From positions 1-63,914 of the forward strand of contig JBHORO010000003.1 in NCBI GenBank assembly GCA_042566005.1: a DNA stretch of 63,914 bases. The letters are read 5' to 3'. Below are positions 47,935 to 57,420 of the stretch, in pieces (position 1 is the stretch's first letter; each line of letters begins with the position of its first letter). The position numbers were made by a program, and so were the translations under genes. The notes beneath the pieces are model-generated. The model searched no databases. It saw only the letters and a program-made list of their open reading frames with translations, and was not told the origin of the DNA. Origin of the DNA: Verrucomicrobiota bacterium. Lineage in GTDB: Bacteria; Verrucomicrobiota; Kiritimatiellia; Kiritimatiellales; JBHORO01.

Positions 47935-49974
47935 TTATGCCATCACTGGCTCAGCCGAAGCTTGGCTGATCACCCTTTGTGCCAAATTGGCCGGCACCTG
48001 GTCATATCGCGAAAACTCCATTTCAAATGAACCCTGACCGCCGGTCAGCGAACGAAGTTCAGAACAGAAACGGAACATTTCCACCTGCGGCACATCCGCC
48101 TCAATCACCTGCAATCCGTCATCCTGACCCATACCGATGATCCGGCCGCGCTTGGAATTCAACAGCCCGCTGATATCACCCATAAACCCTTCAGTGACAT
48201 GCACCTTCACATTCATGATCGGCTCCAACAGAGCAGGCTTCGCTTTTTCAATCGCCTCGTGCAATGCGCGTGAACCCGCGATTTTGAAAGCCACTTCACT
48301 GGAATCCACATCGTGATACGACCCGTCATACAGCTCAACTTTCACATTGATAACTTCCGCACCAACCAGCGGCCCTTTATTCAGGCCTTCGACAAACCCT
48401 TTTTCACAGGCCTGGATAAATCCGCCCGGAATCGCGCCGCCGACGATTTTGTTCAGGAACCAATCCGACTCGTACTCAGCTTTCGGAGCAACGCGCACAA
48501 AACACTCACCATACTGACCACGACCGCCCGACTGTTTTCTGTGACGGTAATGTCCTTCGGCTTTGCCCGTAATGGTCTCCCGATAGGCCACTTTCGGGAT
48601 GCTGTGATCCAAATCCACATTACTGCGGTTTTTGATATGCTCAAGCGTCACATCCAGATGCAGATCACCCATGCCCCAGATCACCACTTCGCGCGTTTCT
48701 TTGTTATGATCCACTCGAATAGACGGATCCTCATCAGCAGCACGGCTCAAAGCCAGACCGATTTTATCCTCGTCCCCTTTACCCTTAGGATGAATCGCAT
48801 AGGCCGTCACAGGATTCGGGAATACGATCGGATCGAACTTGATGTTGCTGCCGTTTTCACAAAGCGTGTCATTCAGGAACGTCTCTTTCAGCTTAGTCAG
48901 CGCAACAATATCGCCCGCCTTAGCCTCTTTCGCCTCCGTCGTTTTTTTGCCATCAACGTAAAGGATCGTGTTGATTTTTTCCTTCACGCCTTTAGCGCTG
49001 TTGAACACCTCCATGCCCGGCTTGAGCACACCGCTGTAAACACGCATGAAAGTCATCTGGCCGACAAACGGATCGTTGAAACAACGCCAGACCTGACCGG
49101 AGAACGGCTGGTCCTCTTCCGCCGAGATCTGATTACCTTCAGCGCAGTTAACCGGATAGTCATGCGGCGACGGGAACAGACGGCTGATGCTGTCCATCAT
49201 CTCTTTCACGCCGATATCAGCTTTGGCCGAAGTCGCGAAGACCGGGATCAGGTGTGCGTCGTGCACGGCCTTACGGATACCGTCGGAAAACTCATCCGCG
49301 CTCAGCTCTTCGCCATTAAAATATTTTTCGATCAGGGAATCGTCGGTTTCCGCCGCGAGTTCAATCAGATGATCCTTAATCGCTTTAACGCGATCTTTCA
49401 TATCGTCCGGCACATCGACCATTTTTGTATTCAGAACATCAATGGAACTTTTACCGTCAGAAGTCGGCAACACAACCGGGACACAACGTCCCTCGCCCCA
49501 CTGCGTCTGTATAATAGAAAGCGACGTTTCAAAATCCGCCCCGTCTTTATCCATCCCGGTAACGGCAATCCCGCGCGGCAGGTTGCGTTTTTCACAGGCA
49601 CGCCAGGCACGCATTGTACCCACCTGAATGCCCGAAGTTGAATCCAATGTAATCAGCGCGGCATCGGTCACTTCCGCCGCAGCAACCATTCCACCAATAA
49701 AGTCAGCGTATCCGGGTGTATCCAGCATGACCAGACGGCGAACGCGGCCGCTGGCTGCCGTATAGACACCATCAAAAGGTTTCGACCAGATAGTCATCTC
49801 ATGTGCCCGCTCTTCTTCAGTCCAATCGGCCACACTAGTACCGTTTTCCGGAGAACCCGCGCGCTCAACCACTCCCAATTTAAAGAGGATGTCGTCGACC
49901 AGTGAAGTTTTCCCGCTACCAGTGTGGCCCATTAGAGCAAAGTTGCGGACCCCATCAATGGGAATGTTTTTCAT
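47935..49974 (-). CDS. Elongation factor G paralogue (EF-G2-like)
   Basis: Full five-domain EF-G layout (GMGDLHL, KQSGGRGQYG, DGSYHDVDSS, LLEPIM) but divergent G motifs: GHTGSGKT, DTPGY, TGMD. Not in a str operon. Confidence 0.9.
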   Translation of the reverse strand: MKNIPIDGVRNFALMGHTGSGKTSLVDDILFKLGVVERAGSPENGTSVADWTEEERAHEMTIWSKPFDGVYTAASGRVRRLVMLDTPGYADFIGGMVAAAEVTDAALITLDSTSGIQVGTMRAWRACEKRNLPRGIAVTGMDKDGADFETSLSIIQTQWGEGRCVPVVLPTSDGKSSIDVLNTKMVDVPDDMKDRVKAIKDHLIELAAETDDSLIEKYFNGEELSADEFSDGIRKAVHDAHLIPVFATSAKADIGVKEMMDSISRLFPSPHDYPVNCAEGNQISAEEDQPFSGQVWRCFNDPFVGQMTFMRVYSGVLKPGMEVFNSAKGVKEKINTILYVDGKKTTEAKEAKAGDIVALTKLKETFLNDTLCENGSNIKFDPIVFPNPVTAYAIHPKGKGDEDKIGLALSRAADEDPSIRVDHNKETREVVIWGMGDLHLDVTLEHIKNRSNVDLDHSIPKVAYRETITGKAEGHYRHRKQSGGRGQYGECFVRVAPKAEYESDWFLNKIVGGAIPGGFIQACEKGFVEGLNKGPLVGAEVINVKVELYDGSYHDVDSSEVAFKIAGSRALHEAIEKAKPALLEPIMNVKVHVTEGFMGDISGLLNSKRGRIIGMGQDDGLQVIEADVPQVEMFRFCSELRSLTGGQGSFEMEFSRYDQVPANLAQRVISQASAEPVMA

Positions 49975-50160
49975 ACGGTTCTCCTTTCGGTTCAGGTTCC
50001 CTTAATTAGCCCTATACATAACGCGTTGACGCGCTCAGGCATAGCGACCGGTGAGGTCTTAAAAATTAATCACCAATCTGAAAATCGTCAAGCAACGACT
50101 CCAGATCGCATGAAGAAAGTTCGTGCGATCCGCCCCCAATAATGTAACAACTCCGCGCTT

Positions 50161-51048
50161 ATGCCTTACGGAAGTAACATTCGAAATAATCTAATGGCCA
50201 TAGCAGCCTGTTTGCTGTGGGCAACGCCCTTTGCCGTAATCAAGCTGGCCCTGGAACATATGGACCCCCTCTCCATGGCCGGGATCCGTTTTATCATCGC
50301 CGGATTAATCCAGCTGCCTCTTTGCGGTTCGCTGATCCGCCCGTTCCGGCTGCTGCGCACGAATCTGAAAACCGTACTGCTCGTCAGCCTCTTTCAAACC
50401 ATCCTGCTTTACGCCGGCTTCTTCATCGCAATGACCCTCGTGCGCGGCGCGCAGGCGGCCATCCTGATCGGAACCGGCCCGCTCATCAGCGCGATCGTGG
50501 CCCACTTTGCGATGCACGACGACAAACTCAGCCGCCGCACACTCATCAGTACCGGACTCGGCATCTGCGGAGTTGCCATGATCAGCCTGGCCACCAAACC
50601 GTGGACGCCCGTCGGCGCCGAAGAACTGCTCGGGATGGGAATCTTATTGCTGGGGTCCGTAGTCTCCGCCTTCGGCAACGTCGTCGTTGCCCGCCAGCGC
50701 GGCGGCGTAAATGCCATCCACCTTAACTGCATCCAGATGCTGATCGGCGGCGGCGCCCTGTTGCTGATCGCCCTGCCCGTTGAAGGCATCCCAAATCTTA
50801 AGTTGCCACCGATGTTTTACGCACAAATGTTATGGCTAGCCATTGTTTCGGCGGCCGGATTCGGCATCTGGTTCCAGCTTCTGAGCAAACTGAAAGTCTC
50901 CAAACTTAATATCTGGAAATTCCTGATCCCCGTCGGCGGAGCCGCCCTGAGCTGGGCCATCCTGCCAGACGAATCGCCCGACTGGCTGACCCTTACCGGC
51001 ATGGCCATCATCGTCTGCGGTGTCTACATCGGTCAGCAGCGCCGGTAA
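50161..51048 (+). CDS. DMT/EamA family transporter
   Basis: About 10 TM segments, two EamA repeats (LLWA..F..IK; RFIIAG). Confidence 0.88.
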   Translation: MPYGSNIRNNLMAIAACLLWATPFAVIKLALEHMDPLSMAGIRFIIAGLIQLPLCGSLIRPFRLLRTNLKTVLLVSLFQTILLYAGFFIAMTLVRGAQAAILIGTGPLISAIVAHFAMHDDKLSRRTLISTGLGICGVAMISLATKPWTPVGAEELLGMGILLLGSVVSAFGNVVVARQRGGVNAIHLNCIQMLIGGGALLLIALPVEGIPNLKLPPMFYAQMLWLAIVSAAGFGIWFQLLSKLKVSKLNIWKFLIPVGGAALSWAILPDESPDWLTLTGMAIIVCGVYIGQQRR

Positions 51049-51377
51049 AAACCCGGCCCATGCACTAAAAAATATGATTTTTCACAACCGGACTCGCAAC
51101 ATCCGGCATCAAGGCCGCGATAAAAAATCACAGCCGGCAACTCACCCTCTCCACTCAAACGAGCACCCGCCCTCAGCCAAACATTCATAGAACACACTGG
51201 TGCCACAGCAATTAGAACTCGGCCAACCCGCAAAACCCGAGCACCATCATTCTGCTGAAACGGACTGCCCCGACGCCCTTTTTCCGGAGCCACAAAAAAA
51301 AGCGAAAAACTGGATAGACAAACCCGCGGAAATCACTATCTTAGTGGCTCTCTTTTCGAGAGAAAGTGATACAAAAC

Positions 51378-51462
51378 GGTGGGATTCCGGAGCGGTCAAA
51401 CGGGGCAGACTGTAAATCTGTTGGCTCAGCCTTCGAAGGTTCGAATCCTTCTCCCACCACCA
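51378..51462 (+). tRNA. tRNA-Tyr (GTA)
   Basis: Acceptor GGTGGGA/TCCCACC, anticodon arm GCAGA-CTGTAAA-TCTGT, long variable arm, GGTTCGAATCC, encoded CCA. Confidence 0.97.
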
Positions 51463-51536
51463 CTTTTCCTTAAAAGAGAAATAAAAATTCGCTTATACCA
51501 AAGCGTTTTTTTGCGGCACCATCCAGTGCAGCAAAC

Positions 51537-51621
51537 GGTGGGATTCCGGAGCGGTCAAACGGGGCAGACTGTAAATCTGTTGGCTCAGCCTTCGAAGGTT
51601 CGAATCCTTCTCCCACCACCA
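51537..51621 (+). tRNA. tRNA-Tyr (GTA), identical second copy
   Basis: 85/85 identical to the first copy, 159-bp period. Confidence 0.97.
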
Positions 51622-51901
51622 CTTTTTTCTTAAAACACTCGCAGGAGCATTCCACTCCGCAACCAGCCAATCCAACGCACCCGGATAACGCCTATTTAGC
51701 TGTATCCGAAAAATCGCATTCCGATACCGGGCCCGATGCCGACTACTTCGGCCCTCGCTAACCCCGCAAATCACAAAACAAACGGGCAAATTCCCGTTGC
51801 GTAATTTCACGTACTTTCCTCCAGCAAAATATTGTGTCGCACCGGGCCAACGCATAAGTTAAAAAATTAATTAAAGATCCTGAACAAACCATAAGTAGAA
51901 A

Positions 51902-52512
51902 ATAAAAAAAGCATTATACATCCTGGCGCCTGGAGTATTGGCGCTTGCACAGAACACGCAGACTGACCTCATCCCCATCACTGTCGACTACAACCCGGGC
52001 GATTACGCCAACGGATACGACGGAACCGGCACCCTGCAGCTTAGCACAGATATCGAAGTTACCATGACTGATTCATTCCAGGATCCATTCGGCCTCATGA
52101 TTGTGGGCGTCAAGATGATGGCACCAGCCCAAGACACTTCTGCAACATCGACGCAGTGCGTTATAGCGTCAACGGTGGCGAGATACAAACAGTAGCAGGT
52201 ACCTGGACAGTTCGCGAGTTCGGCGCACTTAACACATACTCCATGATACAATTTGGGGCCGGGAAATTAAACAGCGGAGATGTGGTAACTATCTACGCAG
52301 ATCAGTGGAATGTAACAGAATATGGCTCGGATGGCTTTGACGCGACCAGCGAACACCTGACAACTGGCAGCTACACAATGTTTGCAGTAAACCCCAACTC
52401 CAGACCTAATGCCATCTCCCCCGACGCAGTGGCTGTTCCGGAACCTGCATCCGCGGCACTGCTCTCACTGGCCGCAGCCGGAATCCTGGGCATCCGCCGC
52501 TTCTTCAGCTAA
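51902..52512 (+). pseudogene. Disrupted PEP-CTERM protein gene
   Basis: Signal-peptide-like (ATA)KKALYILAPGVLALAQ lacking ATG; frameshift near 52110; C-terminal VPEPASAALLSLAAAGILGIRRFFS. Confidence 0.7.
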
Positions 52513-52532
52513 TCCCGCTGAAATATGAAGCC

Positions 52533-52562
52533 AAAAACTCCACCACAAGGTGGAGTTTTTTT
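52533..52562 (+). terminator. Intrinsic (probably bidirectional) terminator after the PEP-CTERM gene
   Basis: AAAAACTCCACC-ACAA-GGTGGAGTTTTTTT. Confidence 0.85.
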
Positions 52563-52634
52563 GTGCCCTGACCACCCTGCTCCCACCCCGCCAAAGGCTA
52601 CCGGTTAAAAAACATATTTTTTCAATGCGGACAA

Positions 52635-52663
52635 TTGACAAGCCCGCCCGGCCTGTCTATATT
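52635..52663 (+). promoter_or_regulatory. sigma70 promoter of tRNA-Val
   Basis: TTGACA-N17-TATATT, 21 bp upstream of the tRNA. Confidence 0.7.
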
Positions 52664-52684
52664 CCCAACCTTTACTTCCTCAGG

Positions 52685-52761
52685 GGGCGTATAGCTCAGT
52701 TGGTTAGAGCGCATGCTTGACATGCATGAGGTCACAGGTTCGAATCCTGTTACGCCCACCA
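52685..52761 (+). tRNA. tRNA-Val (GAC)
   Basis: Acceptor GGGCGTA/TACGCCC, anticodon arm CATGC-TTGACAT-GCATG, GGTTCGAATCC, encoded CCA. Confidence 0.97.
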
Positions 52762-52830
52762 TTTCTCAAAGTACCCTGCACCAAATCAAGCCCTCTACAC
52801 CGGCTAATCCTATGCTCAGGATGAGAACCG

Positions 52831-52928
52831 CAGGTTCGATTGCGAAGCAAGACGTTGAGCAACACGAAACGCCCGCAGGGTGAGCGAGGCAAAGGCCACG
52901 CGAATCAATCCTGTTACGCCCACCATTT
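52831..52928 (+). repeat. Duplicate of the tRNA-Val 3' end interrupted by a 68-nt insertion in the T-loop
   Basis: CAGGTTCG (52831-52838) + 68 nt + AATCCTGTTACGCCCACCATTT (52907-52928); both parts match the tRNA 3' end exactly. Confidence 0.8.
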
Positions 52929-53565
52929 TCTACAACACAGCGTTCAACATCGAATACCCAACACGGAACCACCCTGATCTTCCGCGTGCCAAACTTGTAT
53001 GTTCGATGTTCCGTGTTGAACGTTAAACATTCCCACACCAGACTAGTGCATTATTTTCACATAAAACAAACTATTGAAGCATCGGCATGTCGGGCTAATA
53101 ATTCATGATGTCTTGCAACGAAGATTGTTACCACAGAATGATGTGCCATGTCGTTACTCGTACAGCATAAGCGAATCTGAGCACAAGGCTTCTTCATACA
53201 ATGCCCGGCCGGCAAACCGCTCAACCCCTGTCCCCATTGCTTGCTCAACTAGTGTCCGTTTCCTCGGCCCCGCCTTATCTAGAGCACAGGCAGTTTTGTT
53301 TGCCACAGAATCTTTTGCAGAGTAATAATCAAGGTCCCCGCAACCGCAATGATATTGCAAAAGGATGGATTAAATGTCAGGCCAACGAGAAAACTCGGAC
53401 AGAATCTCATCGCCTCACCAAACCTTACTTACACGCCCATACACTCACCCCATAACCCTCCCTCCAGCACTACACCTCACAAAAGACACCAATTTGGTGG
53501 CTTTCCGCTTTGCACTCCGCTTTCACACCCACTAATTTAACGCTTTTTGACAAGGAGGTAGACCT

Positions 53566-55132
53566 ATGCCAGCTAAACCAGATTTAACCCAAGCTGAAAA
53601 AGATAAACTCGAGATAGATCCGGATTTTGATTTTCGTGAGATTGCAAAGACTCCGACCGAGGAGCTGACACCGAATATAATTGCGATGTTCAAGTGGAGC
53701 GGTGTCTACCAGCAGCTCCAGTCCAACTTTTTTATGATCCGCATCGTGATTCCGGGCGGGATCGTAACAACCAAACAATTCCGCAAAGCGATCGAGCTGG
53801 CCGATAAATATGCGCAGGGCGAGCTATGCATCACCACCCGCCAGACGCTCCAGTTCCACTGGATCCGCAAAGAGGATATCTACAAAATTATCGAAGGCAT
53901 GGCCGAAGTCGGCATCACCACCAAAAACGGCTGCGGTGATGTGACCCGTAACCTGGTTACCTGCTCCCTGCAGGGCGTCTGCAAGCATGAAGTCGGCGAC
54001 CGCATACGCCCGTTACTGGAGGCAATGGCCGTCGACCACGAACTGCAGGACCTACAGCGCAACTTTCCGCGTAAACACAAAATTTCTGTCGCCGGTTGCG
54101 ACAAGGCCTGCGCCCAGACGCTGATGAACTGTCAGGGCTGGGTGCCGACCGAACGCGACGGCGAATTCGGCTGGACCTACCACGCGGGCGGCGGGCTCGG
54201 CGCTCGCCCGGTTTTGGCTCAACGTATTTTCGACTGGGTGCCCGATGAACTGGCCATGCCGGTAACGCAGGCAGCGGCAGAAGCGTTCCTTTGCCCGCCT
54301 GAAGTTTGTGGTCGACAACATGGGCGCCAAGGGATTCGGCGACTGCTTGATCGACATCATGAAAGAGCGCGGCATTGAAGGGCTGGATAAAATCATTTAC
54401 ACCAAAAATCCGGACGCAGAGATCGGGCGCATGTACCTCGACGGACAAGAAGTAATCGAACAGCGCCAGGAAGGTCTCAACACGGTCCGCATTATGATTC
54501 AGCGCTCTGAGCTGAAACTGGACGACGCGAACCGCCTCTGCGACTGGGCCGATACGTTCGGCGGCGGCGAAGTGATGTTCACCAACCGCCAGAACGCGGA
54601 GATCCATCACGTCCCGACGGCAAATGTACAGCCACTGCTGGATGAAATCCATGCTGCGGGCTACCGCACCGAAGGGCACGAGCGCCTGCCGGACATAGTG
54701 GCCTGTGTCGGCACGACTGAATGCCGCATGGCGGTCTCTGACACACCGCGAGCTTACCATCGCCTGTACGACGAGTTTGCCGCAGACAAAAATTTCTGGG
54801 AACAGGTCGGACCGATCCGGATCAACATGAACGGCTGTCCGAACAACTGCGCCCACGCCTGGATCGCGGACATCGGCCTGCGTGGCCGACGTACCCGTCA
54901 GGAGGACGGTACCAGCAAAGAGGGCTTCTCCGTATTCCTAGGCGGCAAGCTGAGCGAAGCGGGCCGCGTCGGCCAGCTGCTGGGCGATGTGCAGGCTGAG
55001 GAAGTGGCCCCGTTCGTGCGCGCCATCCTCGAGTTCTATCTGGCCGCACGAACCTCGCCGGAGGAACACTTTACCGACTTTGTAACGCGCGTTTCCGTGG
55101 ATGCCTTCCGCGCCGCGTTGAAACTTAACTGA
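53566..55132 (+). pseudogene. Siroheme nitrite/sulfite reductase, split by a frameshift at about 54289 (pseudogene or assembly error)
   Basis: KWSGVYQQ, FMIRI, ITTRQTLQFH, CGDVTRN, PRKHK in frame 1; FARLKF, FTNRQN, ACVGTTEC, NGCPNNC, ADIGLRG in frame 2. Confidence 0.8.
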
Positions 55133-55145
55133 TTTGGAGTCTGAC

Positions 55146-57362
55146 ATGAGTGATTTGATTAAACAGGCAGATGCCCTGCTAAACGAAAACCGCGCCCGGG
55201 ACACGCTCACGCTGCTCTGCGACGCAGGCGTGCCGGACACCGGCGAGGTCTGCGCCCGAATGGCCAAGGCCTACCTCCTGCGCGGCGACAGCAAAGGCGA
55301 CATCTATTCCGCCAACTTCTTCGCGCTTCGCGCCCAGGAAAAAGGGTTCAACGAAGCATGGGTGCAGGAAATCATCGACCAATGCCAGCCGGTACCGTCG
55401 GCCATGGAAGCCGCGCACACGAAAGTGCCGCACTATGAAATGGGCGCCTCTTACGAGACCCGCGAAGCGGGCGATACGCCCTACCCCTTCCAGCCGATCT
55501 CCAAAAAACTCGGCATCGCCAACGCCGCAAAAGACTTTGACTGGTGCTCGCGCAACGTCCCGTGTCAGGAGGCCTGCCCGGCCAAAACGGACATCCCGTC
55601 CTACCTGACCGCGATTTACGAAGGCGACTACGAAAAAGCGTACCGCATCAACCTGGAATGCAACGTATTCCCCGCCGTGCTCGGCCGCGTCTGCGCCCGT
55701 CCGTGCGAGGAAAAATGCCGCCACGGCTGGGAGAATCTCGGGGAATCCGTATCCATCTGCTTCTCCAAACGCTCCGCCGCTGACCTGCGCAAGCAGGAGC
55801 CGGTCGTGATGAAAAAATGGTTCCACAAAACCGGCAAGAAAGTTGCGATCATCGGTTCCGGTCCGGCCGGACTGGCCGCTGCGCGCAACCTCGCGCTCTA
55901 TGGTCACGAAGTCACGGTGTACGAAAAGCACAACAAGCCAGGCGGCATGATGAATCAGGGCATCCCTGAATTCCGTCTGCCGCGCGACATTATCGCTCGC
56001 GAAATCGGCCAGATTGAAGCGCTGGGTGTCAAAATCCAGTGCAACACCGCGATAGGCGAAGATATCACCCTGGATCAGCTTCAGGCTGAAAACGACGCCG
56101 TCGTAATGGCCGCGGGAACCCTGCGCCGCAATCTGTTGAACCTGCCAGGCAGCGAGCTCGAGGGTATCCGCCACGGCCTCGACTTCCTACTGGAAGTCAA
56201 TGAAACCGAGCAGGCCGACATCGGCGATCACGTCGTGGTCATCGGCGGCGGCTTTACGGCTATGGACTGCGCCCGCGCGGCCCGACGCCTCGGCGCTACA
56301 ACGGTCGAACTGGAAGTGGAAGACGAAAAGACTGCCGTTGAAAAATCGATCCTGCGTATGCCTGCCGAAAAAGTATGCGTCTGGTATCGCCGCTCCATGC
56401 ACGAAATGCAAGTGACTCCAGGCGAACTGGAAGAGCTGGAACACGAAGGCATCCCGATGGAGTTCATGGTCAGCCCGAAAGAATATATCGGCGCGGACGA
56501 CAAACTGACGCACATGCGTTTCGTGCGCACCGAAATGGGTGAGCCGGACGCCAGCGGTCGTCGCCGCCCGGTGGAAATTGAAGGCAGTGAATTCGATGTG
56601 CCGGCCGACACCGTTCTGTTGGCAACGGGTCAGTTCCCGGACACCAGCTGGATCGACGGCGAACTGCGCGAAAAACTGGTCGATACGGATCAGTGGCTGA
56701 AAAGCGGCAACGCATCACGTACCGCAGTCGATAATATTTTCGTGGCGGGTGACTTTGCGCAAGGCGCTAACTCCCTCATTGCAGCGATTGGCCACGCCAA
56801 AGACACCGCGCGCGATGTGGATCTGTTCCTGATGGGTGAAACCCGCATCGTGGATCAGGTGGAGGTCAGCGATGCGACCGAAACCGGCCGTATTCGCGAA
56901 ATGGATTACGTGTCCGCGCAGAAGATGCCAACCATCCCGCTGACGCACCGCGACTTGAAAGCAGAAGTTGAAGAGGGCTTCGATGAAGAGTTAGCCGTTG
57001 ATGAAACGCAACGCTGCTACCGCTGTCACTACAAGTTCGAGATCGATACCGACAAATGCATCTACTGCGACTGGTGCGTCAAAGCCAAGCCGCGTCCGGA
57101 ATGTATCCTCAAAGTGAAGAAGTTGTATTACGATGGTGAAGGACGGGTTGTCAGCTGGGAAGAATCAACCAACAACCAGGACACACACATTATCTGGATG
57201 AATCAGGAAGACTGCATTCGCTGCGGCGCCTGCGTTGCGGCCTGCCCGGTCGATGCGATCAGCATCCAGAAAGTTTCACGCCAGACTGTACCAGCACGAA
57301 CGAAGAAAGAATCCGGTTGCGGAGGTGGATGCCCGAGCAAAGGCTGCAGCAGTTGCGGCTAA
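55146..57362 (+). CDS. GltD/NfnB/DsrL-like FAD- and NAD(P)H-dependent Fe-S oxidoreductase with C-terminal ferredoxin domain
   Basis: PCQEACP, LGRVCARPCEEKC, IIGSGPAGL, VIGGGFTAMD, YRRS, ATGQ, AGD, RCYRC, CIYCDWC, CIRCGACVAACP. Confidence 0.88.
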   Translation: MSDLIKQADALLNENRARDTLTLLCDAGVPDTGEVCARMAKAYLLRGDSKGDIYSANFFALRAQEKGFNEAWVQEIIDQCQPVPSAMEAAHTKVPHYEMGASYETREAGDTPYPFQPISKKLGIANAAKDFDWCSRNVPCQEACPAKTDIPSYLTAIYEGDYEKAYRINLECNVFPAVLGRVCARPCEEKCRHGWENLGESVSICFSKRSAADLRKQEPVVMKKWFHKTGKKVAIIGSGPAGLAAARNLALYGHEVTVYEKHNKPGGMMNQGIPEFRLPRDIIAREIGQIEALGVKIQCNTAIGEDITLDQLQAENDAVVMAAGTLRRNLLNLPGSELEGIRHGLDFLLEVNETEQADIGDHVVVIGGGFTAMDCARAARRLGATTVELEVEDEKTAVEKSILRMPAEKVCVWYRRSMHEMQVTPGELEELEHEGIPMEFMVSPKEYIGADDKLTHMRFVRTEMGEPDASGRRRPVEIEGSEFDVPADTVLLATGQFPDTSWIDGELREKLVDTDQWLKSGNASRTAVDNIFVAGDFAQGANSLIAAIGHAKDTARDVDLFLMGETRIVDQVEVSDATETGRIREMDYVSAQKMPTIPLTHRDLKAEVEEGFDEELAVDETQRCYRCHYKFEIDTDKCIYCDWCVKAKPRPECILKVKKLYYDGEGRVVSWEESTNNQDTHIIWMNQEDCIRCGACVAACPVDAISIQKVSRQTVPARTKKESGCGGGCPSKGCSSCG

Positions 57363-57420
57363 AATAAGGTAAGGACGGCTCGCTTAGCCGTCCGCGGGGC
57401 GCACGACGTGCACGCACCCC

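Noticed and set aside
51378..53050. Intact prophage or genomic island at the tRNA cluster
   Set aside because: No integrase or phage genes; the duplicated tRNA end is only ~150 bp from the tRNA.
53495..53513. sigma54-like motif upstream of the siroheme reductase
   Set aside because: GG-to-GC spacing is 9 or 11 nt, not the required 10.
53057..53540. Several short ORFs (63-84 aa) upstream of the reductase
   Set aside because: Overlapping on both strands with no motifs or evident RBS; treated as intergenic.
54280..54300. Programmed ribosomal frameshift in the siroheme reductase
   Set aside because: No slippery heptamer or homopolymer, and conserved residues appear to be missing, which frameshifting could not restore.
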